Source: Candidatus Saccharimonadota bacterium (GTDB taxonomy: Bacteria; Patescibacteriota; Microgenomatia; UBA1406; GWC2-37-13). From it: 32,000 nt of DNA. Below the pieces are notes generated by a model. The model did no database searches, had not been told where the DNA came from, and worked only from the letters and a program-made list of their open reading frames with translations. Positions 8,893 to 17,685 of this stretch are shown here, piece after piece. Numbering within the stretch: position 1 is the first letter of the stretch; every line of letters starts with the position of its first letter. Made by a program: the position numbers and the translations under genes. The DNA is taken from contig MGBH01000001.1 of the NCBI GenBank assembly GCA_001790095.1, forward strand, positions 1,184,932-1,216,931, in the 5' to 3' direction.

Positions 8893-9165
8893 TCATTTCA
8901 CCAATCTTTTCAGGCTTTTTCCTGCTGTAAAACCTGGAGTTTTTGTTGCTGGGATTTGAATCTCTGCACCAGTTTGAGGATTTCTCCCTTTTCTTGATGC
9001 TCTTTTGCGTACCATAAAGGTACCAAAGCCAGTAACAACTACCTTCTCTCCTCTTTTGAGAGCATCAGTGACTGAACCAAATACTGCATTGACTGCATCT
9101 TTGGCTGCTTTTGCGGTAAGTCCTGCTTTTTTTGTTACTTGAGCGACGAGGTCTGCTTTTGTCAT
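8893..9165 (-). CDS. hup: HU-family DNA-binding protein
   Basis: MTKADLV..., GFGTFMVRKRASRKGRNPQTGAEIQIPATKTPGFTAGKSLK is the canonical HU arm. 90 aa. It is the only gene here with a clear SD-like AGGTGA, 7 nt upstream of the ATG. Confidence 0.95.
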   Translation of the reverse strand: MTKADLVAQVTKKAGLTAKAAKDAVNAVFGSVTDALKRGEKVVVTGFGTFMVRKRASRKGRNPQTGAEIQIPATKTPGFTAGKSLKRLVK

Positions 9166-9391
9166 ATGTTTTTCACCTACCTTTCGTGTTGACTAAAATG
9201 TTTAACGTATCCCGAGAGTGTCGGGACAATCAAACACCAATAGCTTAGTAAGTTTAAAGCCTCTTGTCAATCTATATTAAGAATATCTTATTATAACAAT
9301 CTATATCAAATTTAGATTGTTATGAAAGGACAACCGTTTTTTTATAAGGTCATTTATCTACTTCTTATTCTTTAATTTTCTCCAGATGAAT

Positions 9392-10843
9392 TTAAATTTT
9401 CGTGCGTTCCTCAGTCCTGAACTCGCGGATGACTGTAATCTTTATTTGTCCGGGGAATACTTCAAATTTTTCTTCAAGCTCTTGTTTGATTTTAGTTGCA
9501 AGCACTGTTGTATCTTCATCAGCTACTTCATCCGGTTTAACGATGACTCGAAGTTCGCGTCCCGCTTGAAGAGCATATGCTTCCCGCACGCCTTTTTTAG
9601 ACTTGGCGACATCTTCAATGGTTTTGATACGCTTTAGATATTCTTCAAGATCTTCATGACGGGCTCCAGGCCTTCCTCCTGATACTGCATCAGCGATGTA
9701 CACGATGATTCCCTCTATAGAAGTGAAAGGAGTATCTTCATGGTGTGAAGCAATACAGTCAATGACCTTTTGTGGAAAACGATATTTTTTTGCCAACTCA
9801 ACTCCTAGGTCAATATGTGAGCCTTCTTTTGTATCGATGACCTTCCCAATATCATGGAGGAGACATCCGAGTTTGACGACATTTACATCAGAGTTTAATT
9901 CATGTGCAAGCGCTACGCCAATTCGTGTTTCTTCAAGCGTATGGATAATCATATTTTGTCCATACGAATATCGATATTTAAATTTACCCAACAACTGTGT
10001 GATTTCTGCGGGAAGATTAAATACACCTACTTTATGTGCAAGCTCTTCACCCGCTTTAAAGATTACTTTTTCTATCTCTTCCCTTGTTTTTAATACGATT
10101 TCTTCTATTCGTGCTGGTTGGATGCGCCCATCTTTAATAAGCCGTTCAAGAGCAACCCGAGCGACTTCTCGTCGAACCGCATCAAATGAGGAGAGCTTAA
10201 TAACTCCTTCTTCTTCAAGATCAACGTCCACTCCTGTTGCAATCTCAAATGCACGGATATTTCTTCCTTCCTTTCCAATGATACGTCCTTTATACTCGTC
10301 GCTTGGAATATGTACTACAGATAGAGTATATTCGGCAACATAATCAGTAGCGCCATAGCGCATGGCATCAATAAGGATTTGTTTTGCTTTTTCGTCAGCA
10401 ACCTGTTTGATTTCCTCTTCAGACTGTTTGATACGTTTGGCAATGTCTGTTTTTAATTTTTCTTCCCATCCTTGAAGTAAGAGATTTCTTGCCTGATCTT
10501 TGGTAAGTTGTGCGATTTTTTCAAGCTTTTGCAAAACAGTATCACGTTTTTCTTCAAGATCCTTTTTTATGTCATTGAGACCCTGTTTATCTCTTTCGAT
10601 CTGTTGTTTTTCTTTGGTGAAAAATTGTTCTTTTTCAGTATACTGTTCTTCTTTTGAAGCCAGTTTTTTTTCCAACTCAAGAGCTTCAGCGAGAGTTTTT
10701 TGCGCTTCTTGTTTTATGCGAAGTGCCTCTTCATTAGCTTTAAAGGTTATTTCTTTTGCCTGTTGTTCTACTTTGGTGAGTTGAGCTGCCTCAGCTTCAC
10801 GTTGCTTTGTTCCAAACAAAAGATTTTTAATAAAATCAAACAT
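9392..10843 (-). CDS. rny: Ribonuclease Y
   Basis: Long N-terminal coiled coil, KH domain (IGKEGRNIRAFEIATGVDV) and HD domain (LLHDIGK ... ASHHED). The N-terminus MFDFIKNLLFGTKQ has no obvious hydrophobic membrane anchor. Confidence 0.92.
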   Translation of the reverse strand: MFDFIKNLLFGTKQREAEAAQLTKVEQQAKEITFKANEEALRIKQEAQKTLAEALELEKKLASKEEQYTEKEQFFTKEKQQIERDKQGLNDIKKDLEEKRDTVLQKLEKIAQLTKDQARNLLLQGWEEKLKTDIAKRIKQSEEEIKQVADEKAKQILIDAMRYGATDYVAEYTLSVVHIPSDEYKGRIIGKEGRNIRAFEIATGVDVDLEEEGVIKLSSFDAVRREVARVALERLIKDGRIQPARIEEIVLKTREEIEKVIFKAGEELAHKVGVFNLPAEITQLLGKFKYRYSYGQNMIIHTLEETRIGVALAHELNSDVNVVKLGCLLHDIGKVIDTKEGSHIDLGVELAKKYRFPQKVIDCIASHHEDTPFTSIEGIIVYIADAVSGGRPGARHEDLEEYLKRIKTIEDVAKSKKGVREAYALQAGRELRVIVKPDEVADEDTTVLATKIKQELEEKFEVFPGQIKITVIREFRTEERTKI

Positions 10844-10983
10844 ATGAACATCTCTTGTAGATGTTCGAGGAGCGTTATGAATACGCGAGATTAGATCCTT
10901 TTATATTTATATATCTCATGGTGACAATTAATAATACTTATTTGTTACCTTGATCTCCTCGAAACAATTGGTAATTGTTTTCT

Positions 10984-11012
10984 ATTATACTCCCTATTAT
11001 CTAGTCATTCAA
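10984..11012 (-). promoter_or_regulatory. sigma70-like promoter for rny: TTGAAT-17 nt-TATAAT
   Basis: Minus strand -35 TTGAAT (plus coordinates 11007-11012), 17-nt spacer, TATAAT (10984-10989). This implies a leader of about 130 nt before the rny ATG (10843). Confidence 0.45.
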
Positions 11013-11025
11013 TTGTTTTTTTTGA

Positions 11026-11502
11026 TTAAACTGTAAATACTGTCTGATACGCTTTTTTGGCAATATCGTATGAGAAGCCTCTTCTTAACAAAAATGATAC
11101 CGCTTTTTTAAAACGGGTTTTTGAATCAAGAGCAGCATATGTATTGATTCTACGACGAAGTACATCTTCTGCAAGGGTAAGATCCTCTGTTTGAGAGGTC
11201 GAAAAATATTCCTCAATAAGATCTTTTGCTATGCCAAGTTTTGCAAGTTCGTATCTCAAAAGAAATATACCCTTTGGTTTTAATAGGATACGGTTTTCTA
11301 CATACAATTCAACAAATTTTTTATCGTTGATAAATCCCTGTTCTTTTAGCGTTTCGATGGTCGTTTTTATGACGACCTCGCTAAAGTGAAAACGTATAGA
11401 TTTTTTTTCTAAATAACGAACAATTTCTTGTTCGGTACGGGGACGAAATTTGAGATAAAAATAGGCAAGACTCAAAGCTTTAGAAATCTGTTGTTGGTTC
11501 AT
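11026..11502 (-). CDS. recX: RecX-like regulatory protein
   Basis: Immediately follows recA with an ATGA stop/start overlap (11499-11502). 158-aa helical-repeat protein ([26 protein letters not shown]...), consistent with RecX. The call rests on family resemblance plus position. Confidence 0.8.
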   Translation of the reverse strand: MNQQQISKALSLAYFYLKFRPRTEQEIVRYLEKKSIRFHFSEVVIKTTIETLKEQGFINDKKFVELYVENRILLKPKGIFLLRYELAKLGIAKDLIEEYFSTSQTEDLTLAEDVLRRRINTYAALDSKTRFKKAVSFLLRRGFSYDIAKKAYQTVFTV

Positions 11503-12521
11503 TTCTTTACCGCGGTTTTTTCATGCACTGCTTTTGTGATATGATTTTTCAGTTTTTCATCAGATAAGAGTGTTTCTTTTACCTGTTCTTTACCCTGTCC
11601 AAGCATGCGGTCTTCAAAACGAATAAATGATCCACTTTTTGTAAGGACGCCGCTTGCGATAGCCGCATCGATTATTCCTTCTAATTTGTCAATTCCATCT
11701 CCGGTTATAGTAAACTCAGCGTCGCGAAATGGAGGAGCTATTTTATTTTTGACGATCTTTACCCGAACGCGTGTACCGTAGGGGATGTTGTTTTTTTTGA
11801 GTGTTTCAATTTTGCGGACATCCATTCGTACCGATGCATAGAATTTAAGAGCAAGTCCTCCTGAGGTTGTCTCAGGGTTGCCAAACATAATACCGATTTT
11901 CAGTCGAAGCTGATTGGTAAAAATGATGGTAGTTTTTGATTTAGAGACAATACCTGTTAATTTTCGAAGAGCTTGCGACATCAGTCTAGCTTGTAAACCC
12001 ATTTGGGCATCTCCCATCTCTCCCTCGATTTCAGCTTGTGGGACAAGGGCGGCGACTGAGTCTACAATGAGCAAATCTATTCCTCCTGAACGAATGAGTT
12101 GTTCAGTGATTTGAAGAGCCTGTTCACCCGTATCAGGCTGTGCAACAAGGAGATTCTCGACCTTTACTCCGATTTTACGTGCCCAAGCAGGATCAAGCGC
12201 GTGTTCGGCGTCAATGAACGCAACTACTCCATCATTTTTTTGTACTTCAGCAATAAGAGATAGACAAAGAGTTGTTTTTCCTGACGACTCTGGTCCGTAG
12301 ATCTCAATTATTCTTCCCTTCGGAATACCTCCGACACCAAGGGCAATATCAAGTGGTAAAATACCTGTCTTGATGACATCTATCGCGACTATGGGGTGAT
12401 CTCCCAGACGCATGATTGCTCCTTTTCCGAACTGTCTTTGTATTTGGTCAATCGCAAGATTAATTGCTTCGGTTTTTGGATTTTTTATATCTTTTGAATC
12501 GGTTTTTATATCTTTGCTCAT
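11499..12521 (-). CDS. recA: Recombinase RecA
   Basis: [12 protein letters not shown], Walker [20 protein letters not shown] and [23 protein letters not shown] motifs. The ORF track extends to a GTG at 12548. I prefer ATG 12521 (MSKDIKTD...) because a TACAAT -10-like box (12549-12554, minus) abuts the GTG. Confidence 0.95.
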   Translation of the reverse strand: MSKDIKTDSKDIKNPKTEAINLAIDQIQRQFGKGAIMRLGDHPIVAIDVIKTGILPLDIALGVGGIPKGRIIEIYGPESSGKTTLCLSLIAEVQKNDGVVAFIDAEHALDPAWARKIGVKVENLLVAQPDTGEQALQITEQLIRSGGIDLLIVDSVAALVPQAEIEGEMGDAQMGLQARLMSQALRKLTGIVSKSKTTIIFTNQLRLKIGIMFGNPETTSGGLALKFYASVRMDVRKIETLKKNNIPYGTRVRVKIVKNKIAPPFRDAEFTITGDGIDKLEGIIDAAIASGVLTKSGSFIRFEDRMLGQGKEQVKETLLSDEKLKNHITKAVHEKTAVKK

Positions 12522-12590
12522 ATAAAGTGATAATGAATTAATACCCACATTGTACTAGGTACTAAAGTAATGTCAATTGAAATATATACA

Positions 12591-14123
12591 TTAAAATTCT
12601 AACTCTTCTTTTATCCTATATTGTAATGCCTCCGCTATATGAGTTTGCTCGATGCTTTCTTGTTGAGCAAGATCTGATATGGTTTGGGCAACTTTTATTA
12701 TTTTAAAATATGACCTTGCAGATAAACATAGTTTAGATATAGCCTGTTTCAATAATTGAGTTGCTTCGTCTGTTAAGACACATAATTTTTTTATATCTCT
12801 TGGAGTCATCTCCCCATTCATCTTTATGCGTGGTGTTTGTAAAAACCGTTTTTTTTGCTGGAGGCGAGCTCTAAGTACACGATTTCGTATCGTCTCGCTT
12901 GACTCTCCGTTGATTTGAGACATGAGTTTTTCCTGTGACACAGGGGGAATATCTATATGGAGATCAATGCGGTCAAGAAGGGGGCCTGATAATTTTTTTT
13001 TGTATTTTAACACCGATCCAGGCATGCAACGACATTTTTTTGTCGGGTGTCCAAGGTATCCGCATTGACAAGGATTTGATGCAGCAAGAAGAAGAAATCG
13101 GCAAGGAAAAGTGAGGTTGCCTATTGCTCGCGATATTGAAATAGATCCATCCTCGAGCGGTTGTCGAAGTGACTCAAGCACTGATCTTGGGAATTCAGGA
13201 AATTCATCCAAAAAAAGAACTCCTCGGTGGGCAAGCGAGATTTCTCCTGGTCTTGGATTTGTTCCTCCTCCTATAAGCCCGATACGTGATGTTGTGTGGT
13301 GTGGACTCCTGAAGGGTCTTTGAACTATGAATCCGTGATTGCTTACAAGCCCAACGGCTGAGTACATCTTTGAGACATCCAGTATCTCATCTTTATCCAT
13401 AGGAGGAAGGATCGATGGGAATGCGCGAGAAAGCATAGTTTTACCGGCTCCGGGTACTCCTTTTAAATGGAGGTTGTGGAATCCAGCCGCAGCAATTTCA
13501 AGAACACGCTTAGCTTGATTTTGTCCTTTTATCTCTTCAAAATCAAACTCCCACATGGTTTGACACGTAAACGATTCAAGATCAACGTGAGGATGGGGGA
13601 GTATTGGTTTCTCCCCGCTTATATGCAGAACCAAATCTTCAATGTTTTTGAGCGGGAATACCGTAAGATTATCCATAATTGCGGCTTCTTTTGCATTTAG
13701 TGCGGGTACAAAAAGATGAGTGATCCCTTGCTTTTGTGCCATTGCAGCAATAGATATGATTCCAGATACTTCTCTTATTTTTCCTTCAAGAGATAGTTCG
13801 CCGATAAAAAGGGAATCTTTCAGAATATCTTTTTTAATCATACCCGATGCTGCTAATATGCCTACTGCGATTGGTAAGTCAAAACTCGCCCCTTCTTTTG
13901 GTATATCTGCTGGAGCCAAATTCACCGTAATACGTGAATCTGGCATCTCAAAGGAGGTATTAATTATTGCGGTTCTCACCCGGTCTTTTGCTTCTTCTAC
14001 GGCTTTATTTGGAAGACCGACCAAATTAAAAGTTGGGAATCCGCGGGAAGCTACGTCAACCTCAACTTCAATCAATACACCATCGAGTCCAATCGTAGTC
14101 CCTGACAATATTTTTGCGAGCAT
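12591..14123 (-). CDS. comM: YifB/ComM-family Mg-chelatase-like AAA+ ATPase
   Basis: N-terminal Lon/ChlI-like domain, Walker A GVPGAGKTML, Walker B VLFLDEFPEF, Cys cluster CQCGYLGHPTKKCRC and C-terminal Mg-chelatase tail; 510 aa. Confidence 0.92.
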   Translation of the reverse strand: MLAKILSGTTIGLDGVLIEVEVDVASRGFPTFNLVGLPNKAVEEAKDRVRTAIINTSFEMPDSRITVNLAPADIPKEGASFDLPIAVGILAASGMIKKDILKDSLFIGELSLEGKIREVSGIISIAAMAQKQGITHLFVPALNAKEAAIMDNLTVFPLKNIEDLVLHISGEKPILPHPHVDLESFTCQTMWEFDFEEIKGQNQAKRVLEIAAAGFHNLHLKGVPGAGKTMLSRAFPSILPPMDKDEILDVSKMYSAVGLVSNHGFIVQRPFRSPHHTTSRIGLIGGGTNPRPGEISLAHRGVLFLDEFPEFPRSVLESLRQPLEDGSISISRAIGNLTFPCRFLLLAASNPCQCGYLGHPTKKCRCMPGSVLKYKKKLSGPLLDRIDLHIDIPPVSQEKLMSQINGESSETIRNRVLRARLQQKKRFLQTPRIKMNGEMTPRDIKKLCVLTDEATQLLKQAISKLCLSARSYFKIIKVAQTISDLAQQESIEQTHIAEALQYRIKEELEF

Positions 14124-14232
14124 GCTTCTTCACTATATGTAAGTTTTCTCTTCAACACCATCGCATATATGCTACAAAAAAAGTAATTGGATTGTTATGA
14201 AAAAATAAACCAGCATATAGTACAATTAATAA

Positions 14233-15975
14233 ATGAAGTTTGTTGAATTGGCTGCTTATTTTGAAAAGATTGAACATGTCTCTTCGCGTTTGACTATTAC
14301 CTCTCTTCTTGCCGAACTTTTTAATAAACTGTCTCCTGAAGAACTGGAGAAGACTGTGTATTTATTACAAGGAAAGGTGGTGCCTTCCTTCCAAAAAATT
14401 GAGTTTGGAATGGCAGAAAAAACGGTTATTAAGGCGATAGTTTTAGCTCTCAACATCGATAAATCTTATTTTGAGAAAGAATCAAAAAAAATGGGTGATT
14501 TAGGAAAAGCGGTTGAGTTCTTTAAAAAACAATTTATTTCATTCGAAGAAAAAGCTCTTACTATTCTTGATACACACAAAGAGCTGTATAAAATCGCTGT
14601 GGCAGGTGGAGACAAATCACAGGAGTATAAAATAAACTCTCTCTCTTTCCTTATTCGTCAACTTGATCCATTATCAACAAGATATTTAGTGAGGATTCCG
14701 CTTGCTTTGATGCGGTTAGGTTTTTCAGATATGACTGTTCTTGATGCATATTCTTGGATGATTGGGGGTGATAAGACTTTAAGACCTTTGATAGAACATG
14801 CATATCACGTGAGGCCTGATTTAGGATATATAGGGCGAATTTTAAAAGAAAAAGGCATTAAAGAAATGCAAAAAATTCAACCTGTCATATGTACTCCGAT
14901 TATTATGATGAGGGCTGAGCGGTTATCATCAGGTAAGGAGATCATTGACCAGATTGGAGAGTGTGCTATCGAACCAAAATATGATGGTTTCAGACTCCAA
15001 ATCCACTATAAAAAAGAAAACAATAAAGCGGAGGTGAGGCTTTTTTCAAGAAGTCTAGAAGATGTAACCTATATGTATCCGGATGTCATTGAAGGGGTAA
15101 AAAAACAGATTATTGCAAAAGAAATAATATTTGAGGGGGAGGCTATTGGATTTGATCCGACAACCGGAAGTTTTTTACCTTTTCAAGAGACAGTACAACG
15201 GAAACGAAAATATGACATCATACAAAAAGCAAAAGAAATACCGCTAAAACTTTTTTCATTTGATCTGCTTTACCTTAACGGTATAAATTATATTCATGAA
15301 CCATTTGTTGAAAGAAGAAAGCAGCTGGAAACAGTTATTCAGGCAAAAGGAGACGTCTTAAAAGACATCGTTGTTCTTGCGCCACACATTCTGATGAAAG
15401 ACCCTGTAAAAATAGAAAAGAACTTCGATACGGCAATTGCACAAGGACTTGAGGGGATAATCGCCAAAAAATTAAATGGCACATATCAACCAGGAGCCCG
15501 TGGTTGGAATTGGATCAAATTTAAACGTAGTTATTCTTCCAAAATCAATGATACAATCGATTGTTTAGTCATGGGATATGATTTTGGAAAAGGAAAAAGA
15601 ACAGATTTTGGTATTGGGGCATTTTTGGTTGGGATATTTGACAAGAGGCAAGAAAAATATGCTACTGTTGCCAAGATAGGAACAGGTTTAACTGATGAAG
15701 AATGGAGAACACTAGAATTAAGAAGTAAGAAATTGGAATCAAAGATAAAACCAGACAATTATTATGTAGATAAACAGATGGTATGTGATGTATGGATAAG
15801 TCCGTCTATCGTCGTTGAGATACGCGCCGATGAAATAACGAAATCACCAGTTCATACGGCAGGTTTAGCCTTAAGATTTCCGCGACTTGAACGGTTTCGT
15901 GATGATAAAAGAGAGACTGATACTACTACTTTATCAGAACTGAAGAAGATGCTTATTGAGCAAGAAAAGGTGTGA
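14233..15975 (+). CDS. lig: ATP-dependent DNA ligase, three-domain (DBD + adenylation + OB) Lig1/archaeal-like type
   Basis: Motif I EPKYDGFRLQIH (adenylated Lys), motif III FEGEAI, motif IV EGIIAKK, motif V WIKFKRSY. About 240 aa of N-terminal DNA-binding-domain-sized sequence precede motif I. Confidence 0.92.
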   Translation: MKFVELAAYFEKIEHVSSRLTITSLLAELFNKLSPEELEKTVYLLQGKVVPSFQKIEFGMAEKTVIKAIVLALNIDKSYFEKESKKMGDLGKAVEFFKKQFISFEEKALTILDTHKELYKIAVAGGDKSQEYKINSLSFLIRQLDPLSTRYLVRIPLALMRLGFSDMTVLDAYSWMIGGDKTLRPLIEHAYHVRPDLGYIGRILKEKGIKEMQKIQPVICTPIIMMRAERLSSGKEIIDQIGECAIEPKYDGFRLQIHYKKENNKAEVRLFSRSLEDVTYMYPDVIEGVKKQIIAKEIIFEGEAIGFDPTTGSFLPFQETVQRKRKYDIIQKAKEIPLKLFSFDLLYLNGINYIHEPFVERRKQLETVIQAKGDVLKDIVVLAPHILMKDPVKIEKNFDTAIAQGLEGIIAKKLNGTYQPGARGWNWIKFKRSYSSKINDTIDCLVMGYDFGKGKRTDFGIGAFLVGIFDKRQEKYATVAKIGTGLTDEEWRTLELRSKKLESKIKPDNYYVDKQMVCDVWISPSIVVEIRADEITKSPVHTAGLALRFPRLERFRDDKRETDTTTLSELKKMLIEQEKV

Positions 15976-16663
15976 TGATATCTTTTTTGTGCCTTGCTAG
16001 CGTTTTGATAAAACGTAGCGGATATTCACCAAAAAAAGACATAGGATTTTTTCTTATCCGACGTCCTGAGACTTGGACAATAAGTTCATCATCTCTCATG
16101 ATGTGTCCCCCTAGATCGTTGATATGGATTGCTAAATCAATATCTTCGTGTACTTTTTTGTTATCAAGACACACATAGGGTTTTACTTTCTTCCACATTT
16201 TTTTAGTTATGGCCATATTGGGTCCAACAAGGACTTCATTACCGTTTAGAATTGGTTTAAATATGTCAAGATATGCTGTGGTAAAAAAAGTTGTTTTGAG
16301 TTTTAAATCATAAAAAATAAATGGACCAGTGAGAGCGTCTATTTCGTTTTCTTCAAAATCGTGTTTTATCCTATCAATCCAATGAGGCATTAAGTGCACA
16401 TCAGCATCACAACGAGCTATAATATCACCCTTAGCTTCATCAAAACCCCTATTCCGAGCCTGTATCATGCCTTGTTTTTTTTCTTGAACAATTCGCACAG
16501 GGAACTGTTTGGCGATGGAGATTGTTTTATCTGATGAATTGTTATCGACAATGATGATTTCATCAGGTTTACGTGTCTGGGTGACAGTGCTTATAAGACA
16601 GTTTTTTATGTACCGCTCTTCGTTATATGTAGGTATAATAAGCGATATTTTCACATTTTTCAT
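15953..16663 (-). CDS. Family 2 glycosyltransferase
   Basis: SLIIPTYNEERYI, IIIVDNNSSDKT and RCDADV (DxD) GT-A motifs; 236 aa. The 3' end overlaps the lig 3' end by 23 nt. Confidence 0.88.
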   Translation of the reverse strand: MKNVKISLIIPTYNEERYIKNCLISTVTQTRKPDEIIIVDNNSSDKTISIAKQFPVRIVQEKKQGMIQARNRGFDEAKGDIIARCDADVHLMPHWIDRIKHDFEENEIDALTGPFIFYDLKLKTTFFTTAYLDIFKPILNGNEVLVGPNMAITKKMWKKVKPYVCLDNKKVHEDIDLAIHINDLGGHIMRDDELIVQVSGRRIRKNPMSFFGEYPLRFIKTLARHKKDIITPFLAQ

Positions 16664-16680
16664 ACTTATATTTTATCAGA

Positions 16681-16689
16681 TGGTATAAT
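16681..16689 (+). promoter_or_regulatory. Extended -10 element TGgTATAAT for the GT2 gene at 16704
   Basis: TGG TATAAT at 16681-16689, 14 nt upstream of ATG 16704, inside the 40-bp divergent intergenic region. Confidence 0.45.
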
Positions 16690-16703
16690 CATAGGTACCG
16701 TAT

Positions 16704-17528
16704 ATGAAGCCATTTTTCTCAGTGGTGATACCAACATTAAATGAAGAGAGATTTCTTCCCATCATTCTTTCCCGTCTTGTCCGACAAAAGGCACATAACT
16801 TTGAGGTTATTGTCATTGACGGTACTTCAGAAGACAAAACAAAGCAGATTGCTCATCAATTCTCAGGCGTTTTGCCCTTGAGGTTTTATGAAGTAAAGAA
16901 GAGAAATGTTTCCTTTCAGAGGAACTTTGGTAGTCAAAAGGCAAAAGGACAGTATATTATCTTTCTTGATGCAGATGCTCAGATATCGATTACATTCACG
17001 CAAAAACTAATTTCTTATATCTCTCACACGAAGGGTTTGGTATTTATTCCTGCCATTTCACCGGTTGAGGTCAACTCACAGACAAAAGTGGTTTTTAACT
17101 TTGCCAATTTTATCGTTGAGATGTCTCAAAGCATTGGACGTCCTTTTTCATCCGGGGGATCGATGGTGTTTGAAAAGAGCTTTTTTCAACTCATTGGAGG
17201 TTTTTCAGAAAAAGTATATATGTCTGAAGATCATCAGATCATACAGACGGCTTTCAAATATGGAGTAAAGGCGCGTTTTATGCGTGGTATCAAGGTAAAG
17301 ATGTCACTGAGACGGATGAAAAAACAAGGAGAACTAAAGCTTTTTTATCAGTATCTTTTAACCGCTGCTCAGTATTTGATCAAAGGAAAAATTGACAAAA
17401 AGATTATTGAATATCAAATGGGGGGGCATATCTACTTCCAAAAAAAGCTAGATCAACCGCTTGAAGAAAAAATACAGGAGTATCTGCACGAAGCAAAGAG
17501 GTTCTTCAAGACGATCTTTCTCCAATAA
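16704..17528 (+). CDS. Family 2 glycosyltransferase
   Basis: FSVVIPTLNEERFL, VIVIDGTSEDKT and FLDADA (DxD) motifs; 274 aa. Divergent from the other GT2 gene. Confidence 0.88.
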   Translation: MKPFFSVVIPTLNEERFLPIILSRLVRQKAHNFEVIVIDGTSEDKTKQIAHQFSGVLPLRFYEVKKRNVSFQRNFGSQKAKGQYIIFLDADAQISITFTQKLISYISHTKGLVFIPAISPVEVNSQTKVVFNFANFIVEMSQSIGRPFSSGGSMVFEKSFFQLIGGFSEKVYMSEDHQIIQTAFKYGVKARFMRGIKVKMSLRRMKKQGELKLFYQYLLTAAQYLIKGKIDKKIIEYQMGGHIYFQKKLDQPLEEKIQEYLHEAKRFFKTIFLQ

Positions 17529-17649
17529 GACGATTAAGGAATAGTTATCCACAAATTATCTACTATTTTTTTATGGCTTTATATCAATCCATTCTAATAA
17601 TATAAAAATATAGGATATCTCATAATATATATGTATTTTTCTATAGGTC

Positions 17650-17678
17650 TTGACAATTCTTTTTTGTTGGTTTATATT
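17650..17678 (+). promoter_or_regulatory. Best sigma70-like promoter in the window: TTGACA-17 nt-TATATT
   Basis: TTGACA 17650-17655, 17-nt spacer, TATATT 17673-17678. An ATG (17686) follows 7 nt after the -10. Confidence 0.55.
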
Positions 17679-17685
17679 AGTACTC

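Noticed and set aside
9696-10343. Long ORFs antisense to real genes (for example 9696-10343 opposite rny, 13720-14142 opposite comM, 2928-3305 opposite clpB, 29201-29611 opposite the 578-aa gene, 21821-22120 opposite valS)
   Set aside because: Each lies entirely within a longer ORF on the other strand that has strong family motifs. Their translations are low-complexity (Ser/Cys/Phe-rich) with no motifs. They are typical shadow ORFs.
14190-14202. 13-mer GATTGTTATGAAA shared by two intergenic regions (9315-9327 and 14190-14202)
   Set aside because: With about 1e9 pairwise comparisons in 32 kb on two strands and AT-rich composition, several 13-mer coincidences are expected. No further symmetry or shared context was seen.
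17650-17685. ORF-track start (TTG 17650) for the 62-aa ORF
   Set aside because: That TTG is the first codon-sized piece of the TTGACA -35 hexamer. A transcript from this promoter would begin near 17685, so only ATG 17686 (or 17725) could be used.
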